A program made the position numbers and the translations under genes. A stretch of 64,000 nt of DNA from Blepharisma stoltei ATCC 30299 (lineage: Eukaryota > Protista > Ciliophora): assembly GCA_965603825.1 (NCBI GenBank), contig CBFDEM010000012.1, forward strand, positions 682,001 through 746,000. The letters run 5' to 3'. Below, piece by piece: positions 1 to 13,354 of this stretch; the stretch's first letter is position 1; each line of letters opens with the position of its first letter. The notes under the pieces were generated by a model. That model saw nothing but the letters and a program-made list of their open reading frames with translations, was not told the DNA's origin and made no database searches.

Positions 1-246
1 AATTATTCATATACAGAAGAGACTCTTTTTCAATGGCTCGTAATTACTTTTGATTGGGTTGATGCTATGAGAAAATATTATCCGTTTTTAACAAGCTTTA
101 GGGAAATAGAAAAATTAGTTAACCAACATTTTCTAGAGTTTAGCAAGCTTGAAGAAATAAAGAAATTGATTAAAAATAAAGATTCAGAATTAAAGCAGTT
201 AGAAAGCTATGAGCTTAAAATAATTGAGAAATTCAAGAGTGATTAA
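1..246 (+). CDS. 3' end of a gene entering from the left edge (helical/coiled-coil tail)
   Basis: Frame 1 is open from base 1 (NYSYTEETLFQWLV...KFKSD) to TAA 244-246, followed by AT-rich intergenic DNA. Confidence 0.6.
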   Translation, partial: NYSYTEETLFQWLVITFDWVDAMRKYYPFLTSFREIEKLVNQHFLEFSKLEEIKKLIKNKDSELKQLESYELKIIEKFKSD

Positions 247-835
247 TATATTATGGTTTCATTCAAAATATTTATAAAAAATTTATTTATCTTTTACAGG
301 ATTATGTTTATTATAATCTTAATTATCTAAGATAGTAAATAATAAAATTATTAAAATAAAAAATTGATTTAATTTAAATATAATTGATCAATTTGGTTGC
401 ATGCTAATTTTCATGTATATGCATACAGTTTTAATAATTATTTTGATTTTCACTTTAGATTATCTACCTTTTATAGATCATTGCATTGACTTCTTTTTTT
501 GGTTTTTCTTTATAAAAATTTAAAGAATCTGGCGTGTTTGACTTCACTGAATGACCTGAACTTTTGAATGAGCTAAGAAAAATATGAGAGAGGCTGAGAA
601 GTCTAAGAAGGCTGAAGAACAAATTTAATTTTATTATTGGCCTATTTTTGCATTATCTTCATCATTTTTGTTAACTAATCAGTAATGCATTGCTATTATT
701 TATTAGCACATAATAATTCATTCTGCATTAAAAATCCTCATTTTTTGCTAAATATTAATTTTAGAAACTGCAATATATAATTTTTATATGATTATGTAAT
801 AAATGACTTCTCATTGATAATCTTTCTATAATAAA

Positions 836-1501
836 ATGCTAAGTGATTATGAGATTGCAAGAAAGTTGCAAGATGAAGAGTACAATTACTGCATGCCTCC
901 TAAACGAAACTCAAATGAAGAAGTAAAGCAGCCGATAGAAGCTAATAGTGTTCATCTAGAATTTAACCCTGCTCAGGTAAATCAACAAGGTTTTAATCAA
1001 TTTATTGCTCCTCCTGCTACTTTTCCTCCTCAAGCTAATAAGCAAGCTATTGTTCAAGCTTCTGATCCTCCTAACGACGATGAATCTAAATTACAAAAAT
1101 TCAATAAAATTATAAAATTTGCGAAGTATACTAAATATTTTTGCATTATTTACTGCATATTTGCTTTTGCGTACGCTGCGACTTGTGTTTATGGATTGAT
1201 GGCATTCTGAATTTTAGTCTTTTTGGGATACTGGGCACAATGATATTTACAAATAGTTCTGCTAGTTTTATATATGATTATCCTTGTAATAGGTACAATT
1301 CTAAAAATCGTTTTGTTAGCTATTGTCACGAATAATATTGCTTTTATAGTTATAGTTGTCGTCGATGTTATACTCACTGTCCTTTATTTGGTTTTTCTTT
1401 ATAAATTTTTCAAGCTTCTGCCAAACATAGACGAAAGCGAGCGAAAAGAGATTTTGGCAATAATGCATCCTGAGAAGCCTGAAGAAAATAAAAACTCATA
1501 A
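836..1501 (+). CDS. Small multi-pass membrane protein (221 aa) with N-terminal D-x-x-x-A-x-x-LQ-x-x-E (UIM/MIU-like) motif
   Basis: ORFs 836..1210 and 1274..1501 are in one frame, joined through two TGA; hydrophobic C-half; homologous to the 10464/11894/12752 copies. Confidence 0.8.
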
Positions 1502-2562
1502 TTAATAATATATAGTTTTGGCTTTACAAATTTGGAAGCGATTAATTGATTTTTAATCTATTAAATTTCATTTTTATAGCAGCACTTGGCATGCCAGCCA
1601 TCCTTCTAATCTGCAAAGCATTATATTATGTATGCTATAGACTGACTTAGCCCAGGAGCACACATCTTGTTGAATATCAATTCTATTCAATATGCTGAAG
1701 TTTGCAAAAAAATTTGTTGAAGCTCTAGTATCAATTATAGGATGCTTGGCTCTTTCTCACAAAATTATGAGAAAACGAGCTAGCAAGATATTCTATTAGC
1801 CATTGAAGCCTTTTTCAACAGAAAGGAAGAAATTAGTAATTTAGCTAGACCATTAAAAAAAAGGATAAATGAATTTTCTTCTCACTTTGCCTCCGAAATG
1901 TGGAAAATCAAGGCATGTTAAATAAATGCTAAAAGATTTGACCCAATTCGTTCAAATACTTATAATTGCGTGCAAAAAAGCAGAATATAGCAAAATGACA
2001 CTGATTGCATGACTATCTTAGTCTTTTTTTCATTTTGAGTCATATAGGCCTCCTCTATAGCAAATATACAAACCTTCAGCCTAAACTAGCTTTATCTTCT
2101 TAAATTTTAGCATAAAATTTAAGTATTAGTATCTCTTATAAGAAAAATCTGAAAAATAAAGCCTTAAGAAAACTTTTCTCATCCAAAAATGGCAAGCTTA
2201 TAAGTTTAAAAAGATTTTATCTGATAAACAACTTTGTTTTCTAGTAGAAATATAAAGCTGCTTCTTGAAGTTTATAGTATGTATGCTAGTTCTGAGAAAG
2301 TATCATAGCAAATTTTATAGGAATATGGCCTCTTTTGATTTAAATTAATAAAGCATGCTCATTATATGCGCTTTATAAAGTGTATACTAAAGATTTACTT
2401 AATCAAGTATCATTTCTTACAGTATGCATTAACAAATTTGAAAAAGAGAAAGTAAATAAACGAAAAAAAATGAATGACAGAAAAGAAATATTTCATGGAT
2501 TTCAATACAAATTTTAGATAAAGTCTTATAATTCGAATTAATAATCTCTGACTTGAAAATCT

Positions 2563-3754
2563 CTAGCTTTGCTGAGAGAGGGTTGGGCTTGATAGAGACT
2601 CAAACCAAGGATCCTTTAGAGCATCTCTTGCAGAAGGCCTGAGCTTTGGTAATGGTTCTGTCAATCTCAAAATGAAAGCGCATGCAAACTTAGAAATATT
2701 TCGCTTAGGCTCATGCTTAAATGAAATTTTACAGTCTCGATTTTTTTGAAGGATTTCTTGATTAGTCTTGCCCCAAAATGGCATTCTCCCACAAAGCAGT
2801 ATATACAAAATAACTCCTGTACTAAAAACGTCTACTTTTAACCCATATGAGCATTTTCTGAGAATTTCAGGAGCCGTGTATCCAGGGGATCCACATCTAA
2901 GCGTAAGTGCGCCATTTACTTCGGTAGCCAAACCAAAGTCAGCAAGCTTGAAATTGCAGTCATCATCTTCAGAGACCATTAAAATATTTTCGAGTTTCAG
3001 ATCTCTATGTACAATGTTAAGTGAGCTCAAGTAGCTTACAACATCTAATAGTTTTTCTGTAAATCTTGCAGCTGTTTGTTCATTGAATTTTTTTCTTTTC
3101 ATGATCCTGTCATACAAATCACCTCCCTCTAAATAGTCAATAACTAAATAAATAAATATGAGTTGTACTCTCATAAACATAATGAAGTTTAACTATATTT
3201 GGGTGATTCAGCTTCCTCATGAATTGTATTTCATTCATGAGATTTGATAGGTTCACTTGATGACCAATTATAATATGTTTGTCAATAGACTTTACTGCAA
3301 ACATATCACAAGTGTCATTGCTTGCTGCCAAATAAACGGTTCCAAAAGATCCACTGCCAATTTGCTTTATCAGTGAAAAATCAATTTTGAAGTTTGCCAT
3401 AATACAAACTGAGGATAGATGCATAATTCATGCTTCTAGAGTTTCCTCGTTTTTTACATAAAAATCTTTCTTACAGCTTTGAGTGCTGACAGAAAAGCCG
3501 AATCTTCTCAATTCACCGTTGTCTTCTTCGAAAGCCTCAACAATTTTCCAATCAAGCAGTGTTGATTTCTTTATAGAATTAGTACCAATCTTAACTAGGC
3601 AATCTTGGCTGAGTATAAGGGTGGCTTCTATCAGATCTTCATTTTTTTTCTTATGCTGAACTGTTGTTCTAAAAGTTTCTGGAAATTTATCCCTCGTATC
3701 AAGGGTCCAGAAGTTTTTTATAATTAGGTTTTCAGAATCTAGAAATACTGACAT
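2563..3754 (-). pseudogene. CAMK-family Ser/Thr kinase, frameshifted paralog of 7029..8234
   Basis: GSGSFG, HRDLKLEN, DFG and APE motifs present; an extra AAAT in the AAAT tandem at ~3146-3157 relative to the paralog shifts the frame. Confidence 0.75.
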
Positions 3755-4354
3755 ATTTTTTATTAATTGCTCTTTTGACGTATAAAAATTTGTTAATATC
3801 TTAGAAATCAAATTCTCGGATATTAAGATTATCAGACGCTTCTTGAAAGTTATCTTAAAAAACTAAAAAATATCAAAGATGAATTAACTAAAATGCTCAA
3901 CTAAGTTTAAAATGGGTATTTTTAATTCTTGAACCTTTTTTTATTTTGAAAATCAAGCTATAAGTGATTTTGCATTTTAGTATCCTATTCTATCAATATT
4001 TGTATTTTTCAAGTAGCTTTTAGAACCCAAAGCCAATTTTTATAAAATTTATTAAAAGCCTACTTTCTTACTTTAGTTATCTACAGCCTATAAATTATTT
4101 AGGATTAATACCTATTTATTGGCCCGCAACTATAATGTCAACATAATCAACAACTATTCTATATTCCGGTGTTAAAATTCTAATCAAATCAGAGTTTTTA
4201 TCTATCATTCGGTATTTTATAAAGAGTTGAAATAAGCTTTTATCTTAAGTTTTTCTTTGATAATAAGGTATTTATGAGTATTTTATGGAGTCGAATTCTT
4301 ATTCCCTAAAGAGATCAAGTTTTTTAATTTCTAAGTGCTTGCAATCTTGTGAAG

Positions 4355-4616
4355 TTAGAAATCAAATTCTTGCATATTAAGATTATCAGACGCTTCTTGA
4401 AATTGTATTAAAAAACTAAAAAATGTCAAAGATAATTTAGCTAAAATGCTCAACTAAGTTCAAAATAGAAATTTTTAATTCTTAAAGTGTTGTTTTATTT
4501 TAAAAATTAAGTCATTGGTGATTTTGCATTTTAGTGTGCTGTTCCATCAATATTTGTATTTTTAAGTAGCTTTTAGAAAACCCAAAGTTAATTTTTATAA
4601 AATTTATTAAAAGCCT
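4355..4616. repeat. Duplicate of the kinase upstream region (~3800-4060; related to ~8260-8490)
   Basis: Shared strings such as gatattaagattatcagacgcttcttgaaa and aaaatgctcaactaagtt. Confidence 0.8.
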
Positions 4617-4644
4617 AACACTACAGCTTTAGCGTGCTCTAGTA

Positions 4645-4790
4645 GTCTGAAGAAAATAAAAACTCATAATTATTAATATATAGTTTTGGTTTTACAAATT
4701 TGGAAGCGATTAATTGATTTTAGTCTATTAAGTTTCATTTTGCAACAGCACTTCACACACCAGTCATCCTTCTAATTTGCAAAGCATTAT
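4645..4790 (+). repeat. Duplicate of the 3' end and downstream flank of the 836..1501 gene (~1478-1623)
   Basis: ctgaagaaaataaaaactcata...tttacaaatttggaagcgattaattgatttt nearly identical in both places. Confidence 0.8.
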
Positions 4791-5584
4791 AAAAAATATG
4801 AAATTAGATCAATTAGCTGATACAAAAGAAATTGAAGCTAAATATTAAGATTTCCCAATTAATAATTAAGAAGAATATAAGCCGACTTAATCTGTTGACA
4901 TTTCATATTGGCCATTCTTTTTAATGCACATTAGAATTTTCACATTCGGAATTTATAGCTTTCATAATAACCAAGTCTTTTGGGTGATTATAAGATATGC
5001 ACTTTTTTTTTCATATCAGAATACATAATCTTAATTTGAATTATGAAAATTTATTGTGCCTTTACTGCTGGTTATAAAATATCAGCACTGCATATAGCCC
5101 TATTTTTTTTCATTTCCAGCAGTATGAGTCTCTCTATAGTAATATGCAAACCTTCAGTTCTAACTTGACTTTATCTTCTTAAAATTTTAGCACAAAATTT
5201 AAGGATTCGTATCTCTCAAAAGAAGAATTAGCAAGCTTATAGATTTAAAAAGACCTTTATTAAACAAACGACTTTAATTTCAAGTAAAAACATATAAATG
5301 TCGATTTCTTGATGTTTATAGTATGCATGCTAATTCTGAAAAAATTATTATAACAAATTTAATAGATTAAAAAAGCATGCTCGTTATATGTACCCTTATA
5401 ATGAAAAGATTTACATAATCAAGTATCATTTCTTACAGTATATATTATCAAGTTTGAAAAGAGAAAGTAAGTAAACGAAAAAAATGAATGTCGACAAAGA
5501 AGTATTTCAGAGAATCAGAGAAATCAATACAAATTTAGGTAGAGTTTTAATAATTCAAATTAATAATCTCTGACTTGAAAGCCT

Positions 5585-5729
5585 CTAGCTTTACTGAGAG
5601 AGGGTTGGGCTTGATAGAGACTCGAACCAAGGATCATTTAGAGCATCTCTTGTAGAAAGTCTGAGCTTTGGCAATGAATCAATCAATCTCAATATGAAAG
5701 TGCACACAAACTTAGAAATATTTTGCTCA
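5585..5729 (-). pseudogene. Orphan 3' fragment of the CAMK kinase, with its downstream flank (~5110-5584)
   Basis: Matches 2563-2705 and 7029-7190 (DPWFESLSSPTLS); ends abruptly where the repeat element begins. Confidence 0.8.
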
Positions 5730-5730
5730 G

Positions 5731-6461
5731 AAAAAAATTCATAATTTTTTTATTTGATGAATTTCTAAAATTATAAATCAGCTAATATTAAAATGAAAAC
5801 ATTCAATTTCTAAAAATATTCGTTCTGATATAATTAACCATAAGGAAATTTAAATTCTCAGAATTTTATTATTATGATAGCCAATGTTGAAGTTGAGTAT
5901 ATCAAATAGAAACTCAGCAATAGCCTTATCAGAAGGCTTGCCAATTAGTTTTTAATAGAGAGTACTGTATTAAGCAGCACTGGAAAGGTGAGCTCTAATA
6001 GAGTGGCCATTGTAAACTGAGCTTAGTTGTCTTAATAAATAGTGTTTTTGTTTTAATGTCAGCAAAAAATAGAAGAAAAGCCCATAATTTAAAGCGTATC
6101 TTCAGAAAGCTGCTAAAATAAATTCATAATTGTTTTTATCTGATAAATTTCTAAAAATTATAAAGCAGCTAATATTGCAAAGGAAGAATTCAGTTTCTAA
6201 AAATATTCGTTCTACTATAGTTAGTCAGAATTTATTACTATGATAGCCAATGCTGAAATTGGGTATATCAAATAAAAACTCAGTAATAGCCTGATCAGAA
6301 GGCTTTCCCATTAACTTTTAATAGACAGTGTTGTATTAAGTAGCACTTTTAAGGTTAGCTCTAATAGAGCGGTCATTGCAAGCTGAGCTTAGTTGTCCTT
6401 AATAAATAGTGCTTTTGTTTAATGTCAGTGAAAAATAGAAGAAAAGCTCATAATTTAAAGC
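5731..6461. repeat. Two tandem copies of a ~350-bp non-coding element (5731-6095, 6116-6461)
   Basis: Direct similarity between the copies and to 9384-9762 and 11130-11250. Confidence 0.8.
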
Positions 6462-7028
6462 TATAAGATTAAACTTTTCGATATTGCTCATAGCTAAAGC
6501 TTTAGAATTATAACAAAGGTTGACAATTTTGGTATTGAAAAAAGATAAATACAATAGAGTGGAGAGCAAATTTATCCTCATTATTTCTTTAGCTCTTATA
6601 AGAAAAATCAAATTAAATAAAGCCTTGAGAAAATAAATCTTATCCAATATTAGCAAGCTTAAAGGTTTAAAAAAAATTTATCGGATAAGCAACTTTGTTT
6701 TAAAGTAGAAACATATAAAAGCTGATTTCTTGATGTCTATATTTTGCATGCTAGTTTGAAATAAGTATTATACCAAATTTTATAGGAATAGGGCTTCTTT
6801 TAATTTAAATTGAAAAATGATGTATTCTATATGTGCCTTTATTAAGGTGTATGAAAAGATTTACATAATCTAGTATCACTTCTCACGGTATGTATTAACA
6901 AGTTTGAGAAGAAAGAGAAGTAAACGAAAAAAAATTAATGTCGAAAAAAGAAATATTTCTGAGAATATCAATACAAGTTTAGGAATAGTATTAATAATTC
7001 TAATTAATAATCTCTGACTTAAAAATTT

Positions 7029-8234
7029 CTAGCTCCGCTGATCAAAACAATGCTGAGAAAGGCTTGGGCTTGATAGAGACTTGAACCAAGGATCATTTAG
7101 AGCATCTATTGCAGAAGGCCTGAGCTTTGGCAATGGTTCAGTCAATCTTAAAATGAAAGCACACCCAAATTTAGAAATATTTTGCTTAGGTTCATCCATA
7201 AATGAGATTTTGCAATCTCTATTTTTTTGAAGGATTTCTTGATTAGTCCTGCCCCAAAATGGCATTCTACCGCAAAGAAGTATATATAAAATAACTCCTG
7301 CGCTAAAAATATCTACTTTTAACCCATATGAGCATTTTCTAAGAATTTCAGGAGCTGTGTATCCAGGGGAACCACATCTAAGCTGAAGTGCACCAGTTAC
7401 TTCAGTAGCCAAGCCAAAGTCAGCAAGCTTGAAATTGCAGTCATCATCTTCAGAGACCATTAAAATATTTTCAAGCTTCAGATCTCTATGTACAATGTTA
7501 AATGAGTTCAAGTAGCTTATAACATTTAATAGTTTTTCTGTAAATTTTGCAGCTATTTCTTCATTTAAAATTTTTCTTTTCATGATCCTACCATACAAAT
7601 CACCTCCCTCTAAATAGTCAATAACTAAATAAATATGAGTTGTACTCTCATAAACATAATGAAGTTTAACTATATTTGGGTGATTCAGCTTCCTCATGAA
7701 TTTTATTTCGTTCATGAGATTTGAGAGGTTTCCTTGATTGCCAATTATAATATGTTTGTCAATAGACTTTACTGCAAACATATCACAAGTGTCATTATTT
7801 GTTGCCAAATAAACGGTTCCAAATGATCCACTGCCAAGTCGTTTTACTAGTGAAAAATCATTTTCGAAGTCTGTCATAATGCAAACTGAGGATAGATGCA
7901 TAATTCAGGCATCCAGAGTTTCCTCGTTTTCCACATAAAAATCTTTCTTACAGTTTTGAGTGCTGCTGACCGAAAAGCCGAATCTTCTCAACTGGCCGTT
8001 ATCTTCTTCAAAAGGCTCAAACATTTTTCAATCAAGAAGAGAGAATTTCATGGATGAATTCGGACTAATCTTAACTAGCCAATTTTGGCTGAGGAAAAGG
8101 GTGACTTCTATGAAATCTCCAGATTTTTTCTTCCGAAAAACTGCCGTTCTAAAGGTTTCCGGAAAGTTCTTCCTCATATCAAGTTTCCAAAATCTATTTT
8201 GAATTAGGGCTTCAGAATCATCAAATACTGACAT
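7029..8234 (-). CDS. CAMK-family Ser/Thr kinase with N-terminal PH-like region (401 aa)
   Basis: 8028..8234 and 7029..7901 are in frame through two TGA; all kinase subdomains intact; ends TAG. Confidence 0.9.
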
Positions 8235-9383
8235 TATTTTCTAATTTACAATTTTGTATTATCTTAGAAATTAAATTCTCATATATTAAAATTATCAGAT
8301 TGTAACTAAAATTTTCTTAAAAAAGACTAAAAAATATCGATGATGATTCAACTAAAATCCTCTAGTAATTTCTAAATAAAAATTATTAATTTCCAATTTT
8401 TTTTTTTAAAGATTTTGACTTTTAATTTTAGCATACTATGCATAATTATTTGGAAAATTCAAAGTTAATTGTTATAAAATTTACAAAAGCCTACTTTCTT
8501 AATTTAATTATCTTCAGCCTATAAATTATTTAGGATTAATACCTATTTACTGGCCCACAGTTGTGATGAACTACAAATTTCGACAGCTATTCTAAATTCT
8601 GGTATTAATATTGGAAATTTAATCATACATGCATTTGCATTTACCATTTAAAATTTACATAAAAGCTGTAATATGCTTACTTAAGTCTTTTCTGTGATAA
8701 ATAAGGTATTTATGAGTAATTTATGAAATTGAGCTCTATATTTCTAAATAGATTAAGTTTTTTAATTTCTAATTTTTTTAAGGGAATATCTAATTCGTAA
8801 ATATTTTAAAACTCTAAGGATCTGATTGCTAAAGGGTTTTTATTAGTATATTTACTCTTAGCTATTCGTTAATAAAATTTAAATAGAAAATAATTGATGA
8901 TGCAAAATAAAATATTGATTATAAGCAATAACTATGTTGATAAATAAATATTCATTAATATTTGGCTGTTGCTGCTCTAAATAAGAATGCTCATGAAACC
9001 AGCAGCTTTCACTGCTAATGTAGCTAAAAATAGTTGCCGACGAATCGAGAGCTTTTTTATTCTCATTTGTTAAAGAATTGGCATGTGATATCCACTTTTT
9101 TAGTTAAAAATCAATGCAGTCCATATTTAAACATCTTTAAAGAAGTATGAACAGAATTTTGTCAGAAATTGAAATGTGATAGGCACTTTAAAGAGAATTT
9201 CATGTATTTTTGAAAATTATTTCAACTTATAAAATTCATAATTATTCCTATAAATCTAATATATTGATTCTATTTAGCTTTGTGCAAATTTTTTAATTTA
9301 ATTTCTACTAATTTGTAATTATAAGTTCTTTCGAATAAATTTGCGTGCTTTAAGATTATATATAAGCTTAGAAAGTTGTTAAA

Positions 9384-9762
9384 AAATAGTTTCATAATAT
9401 TTTTATCTCATAAATATTGAAAATCATAAACAGCTATATTACAATGAAAACATTCAATTTCTAAAAATGTTCGTTTCGATATAGTTAATCACAAGGAAAT
9501 TTTATTTGAAAAATTTTATATAATCAGAATTTTATTATTAGAATAACCAATGTTGAAGTGGAGTGTGTCAAAATAGAAACTCAGCATTAGCCTGATCAGA
9601 AGGCTTGCCAATTAATTTTTATCAGACAGTGCTGTATTAAGCAGCACTGGTAAGGAGAGCTTTAATAGAGTGGTTATTGTAAATTAAGCTAAGTTGTCCT
9701 TAATAAATAGTGTTTTTGTTTTAATGTCAGTGAAAATAGTAGAAAAGTTCATAATTTAAAGA
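9384..9762. repeat. Third copy of the ~350-bp element
   Basis: Aligns by eye to 5731-6095 and 6116-6461. Confidence 0.75.
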
Positions 9763-10463
9763 CATGGGATTAAACTTTTTGATTGGCTGTTTTAAATTGC
9801 ATAGCTAAAGTTTGTTTCTCTGAGTCCATGCATCAATGCTTGATTAGAACTGTCCTCATTTAGGTGACCTTTTTTCAGGTTGCAATATCATAAGATTTGA
9901 GCATGAACAAAGAAATTAATCTCTTTAGGTGATCAAAATGCATTTTCAAGAATTCTTTTACTTTTGAATGATTTTTCGTTTATAAATTCTGATATCTCTC
10001 AATAATCGCTAACAATCACATTGCAAATTTCATGACAAAATGTTTTCTTTCGATTTTACTTAAAAACATCTTATGATCTCTGCAAGAGAAAAGCCTTATG
10101 GTGCATTTCTAAAGGCTATGCTAAAAGATTTATACAATCAAGTATTATTTCATCACAAATGAATTGCCAAATTTGAAAAGAAAATGAAGAAAAAACAGAA
10201 CAAATAGCGATTAAGAAGTATTTTAGAGAATTTCAATACAATTTTTAGGAAGAGCCATTATCAAGCTTTAATTTGATATTAATTGATGAATGAAGCCCTT
10301 GAGCTTCCAAAATTATAATTAATATAAAACTTTATAATTAGCAGATTTCCAATAGAAACCAGCTTTTAGTTTACAGATAACAAAAGAAAAGTATAGTCTA
10401 GGTTTTAGATTAAATAAAATGCATATAGTAAAATTTTAGCATTTATGATTCTTCTATAATTAA

Positions 10464-11036
10464 ATGTCAGGTGATGAAAGCTTTGCTAAAAAACTTCAGG
10501 AAATAGAGTTAGCTAATTATTGGAATCACGATCAAAAAGGAAATGAAAAAATAAAGCAGCCAATACCTCCAAAAATATATAAAAAGAACGATAAACATAA
10601 ACCTGCTCAGGCTAATAATCAGGTTCCAGCTCCTGCTGCAATTAGCAAAGAGCTCCTTACAATTAAAAAGTTTGGAGATTGAAATTTTAGATTTAATATC
10701 GTTGATGGTTTATTAGTGTTCTTTTATGGGATAGGTGGCTTACTTATAATGTTCTCATTGTTAGCTATGCCAATCTTTTTTTGCTTCGTCATTCGCAGAT
10801 ATTCTTTACTTTTCCTTACTTTTCAGCTGATTTATGTTTTGGTAGCTATGATTTGTTGAACTACTTTTGCAGCTGTTCTTAGATATAATATAGCTTTTGC
10901 AATTGCAGCATGCATCATTATTGGATTGGAGCTCTTATATTGAATATTTCTTTGAAAATATGCCATGCTTCTGTCAACTTTGAATTCATCCGAGCGAGCT
11001 AAATTATTGAAATATATTGAGGATAGTAAAAACTAA
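10464..11036 (+). CDS. Membrane protein family copy 2 (190 aa)
   Basis: Open through four TGA to TAA 11034-11036; C-terminal tail shortened by a 2-nt deletion relative to sister copies. Confidence 0.75.
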
Positions 11037-11893
11037 GAAATCAGAAGGAAAAAATAGAGTTTAATTATAAGCATATTTCTATTAATTGTATAATTATTTC
11101 ATTGATTTTTTTGTAGATATTTTTTCAATAAAAACAGTCAATTTCTAAAAAGATTCGTTCTGATATGATAATCACAAGGAAATTTTATTTAAAAAATTTT
11201 AAATATGCAGAAATTGTTTTATTAGGATAGAAAATGTTCATAATTTAAAGATATAAGATTAAGCTTTCGATTGGCTATTTTAAATTGCATAGCTAAAGTT
11301 TAAAAAGAAATAGTATAACAAGGGTAGACGATTTTGAGCATGAACAAAGAAATTAATCTCTTTATGGGATCAATTTGCTTCTTTAAGAATTCTTTTTCCT
11401 TTAATTGATTTTTCGTTAATAAATTCTAATATCGCTAATTACTAACAATCACATTGCAAAATTTATGATAAAATACTTTCTTTTAATTTTTATTTTAAAC
11501 ACATCTTAGTATCCATGCAAGAGAAAAGCCTTATGGTGCCTTTATAAATGGTATGTTAAGAGATTTATACGATTAAGGATTATTTCACCACAGGATGTAT
11601 TGCAAAAATGAAGAAAAAATAGGACAAATAGCGATTAAGAAGTATTTTAGAGAATTTCAATACAATTTTAGGCAAAGCAATTATCAATCTCTAATTTAAT
11701 ATCAATTGATGAATGAAGTCCCTGAGCTTCCAAAGTTATAATATACTAATTTTATAACTTTATAATTAACAGATTATCAATAAAAATCAGCTTTTAGTTG
11801 TCAGATAACAAAAGAAAAGTCTAGTCTAGGCTTTAGATTAAATAAAATGCATATATAAGTAAATTTTATCATTTATGATTCTTCTATAATTAA

Positions 11894-12506
11894 ATGTCAG
11901 GTGATGAAAGCTTTGCTAAAAGACTTCAGGATATAGAGTGAGGTCATATTGTTGATCTTCCTCAAAAAGGAAATGAAGAGATAAAGCAGCCAGCACCTCT
12001 AGAAATTAATGAAAAGAACGATAAGCCTGAACCTGCTCAGACAAATAATCATGCTACAGCTCCTGCTGAAATTAGCGAAGATCTCCTTACAATTAAAAAG
12101 TTTGGAGATTGAAATTTCAGATTTTCTATCGTTGATGGCATATTAGTGCTCTTTTATGGCGTAGGCGGTTTATTTATACTTTTCTCATTGGCAGTTTTGC
12201 CAATCTTTTTCGCTAGCTGCCGTGCTCGTCTATCGCAAGTTTTATTGAATTTTAGTTCTTTTGCAGCTATTTTATGTTTCGGGAACTCTAATTCTGAGAA
12301 TTATTTTGGCAATTATTATAAAAGATAATACAGGTTTTACAGTTATAATATGCGTCATAATTGGATTGGATCTCTTATATTTATGATTTCTTTTAAAATA
12401 TATCAAGCTTATAGCGACTTTGGATTCATCCGGGCGAGCTGAGTTATTGAAATATATTAAGGATAGTAAAAAGACTAAGAAATCAGAAGAAAAAAATAAA
12501 GTTTAA
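11894..12506 (+). pseudogene. Membrane protein family copy 3, frameshifted
   Basis: 613 nt versus 603 nt for the intact copy; 10-nt insertion at ~12211-12220 leads to a premature TAA at 12326-12328. Confidence 0.7.
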
Positions 12507-12751
12507 TTATAAGCATAATCAATTAATTGTATATATTCAATATTATGCTAGCCAGTGATAGATTGCTATAAGTTTATGAGACCCAAATCTTGTGAGTGTA
12601 TGATGATTTATAAAACTTTATAATTAGCAGATTTCCAATAAAAATCAGCTTTTAGTTGTCAGATAACAAAAGAAAAGTTTATCTATGTGTTATATTAAAT
12701 AAAATTCATAAATAAGTACATTTTTATCATTTATGATTCTTCTATAATTAA

Positions 12752-13354
12752 ATGTCAGGTGATGAAAGCTTTGCTAAAAGACTTCAGGATATAGAGTTAG
12801 CTAATTATTGGAATCATGATCAAAAAGTAAATGAAGAGATAAAACAGCCAATGCCTCTAGAAATTAATGAAAACAACGATAAATCTGAACCTGCTCAGGC
12901 AAATAATGAAGTTCCAGCTCCTGCTGAAATTGATGAAGAACTTCTTAAAATTAAAACGTTTGGAGACTGAAATTTCAGATTTAATATCACTGATGGGATA
13001 TTCGTGTTCATGTATGGTGTAGGCGGTTTATTTATACTTTACCTATTGATAGTTTTGCCAATCATTTGATGCTGCTTCTATCGCAGATTTTATTGAATTT
13101 TACCTTTTTTACAGCAATTTTATGTTTTGGGAACTATAATTCTGAGAGCTGTTTTGGTAGTTATTATAAAGGATAACACAGCTTTTGTAATTATAGAATG
13201 CATCATAATTGGATTGGATTTCTTATATTTCTGATTTCTTTTAAAATATATGATGCTTCTGCCTAAGTTGGATTCATCCGAGAGAGCTGAGTTATTGAAA
13301 TATATTAAGGATAGTAAAAAGACTAAGAAATCAGAAGAAAAAAATAAAGTTTAA
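12752..13354 (+). CDS. Membrane protein family copy 4 (200 aa)
   Basis: Open through TGA codons to TAA 13352-13354. Confidence 0.8.

Noticed and set aside
1580-1921. Coding-like stretch downstream of the first membrane gene
   Set aside because: Short frames broken by TAA/TAG; no recognisable product
3140-3167. 25-nt GT..AG segment that could rescue the kinase frameshift
   Set aside because: Wrong size for this genome and would delete seven residues conserved in the paralog
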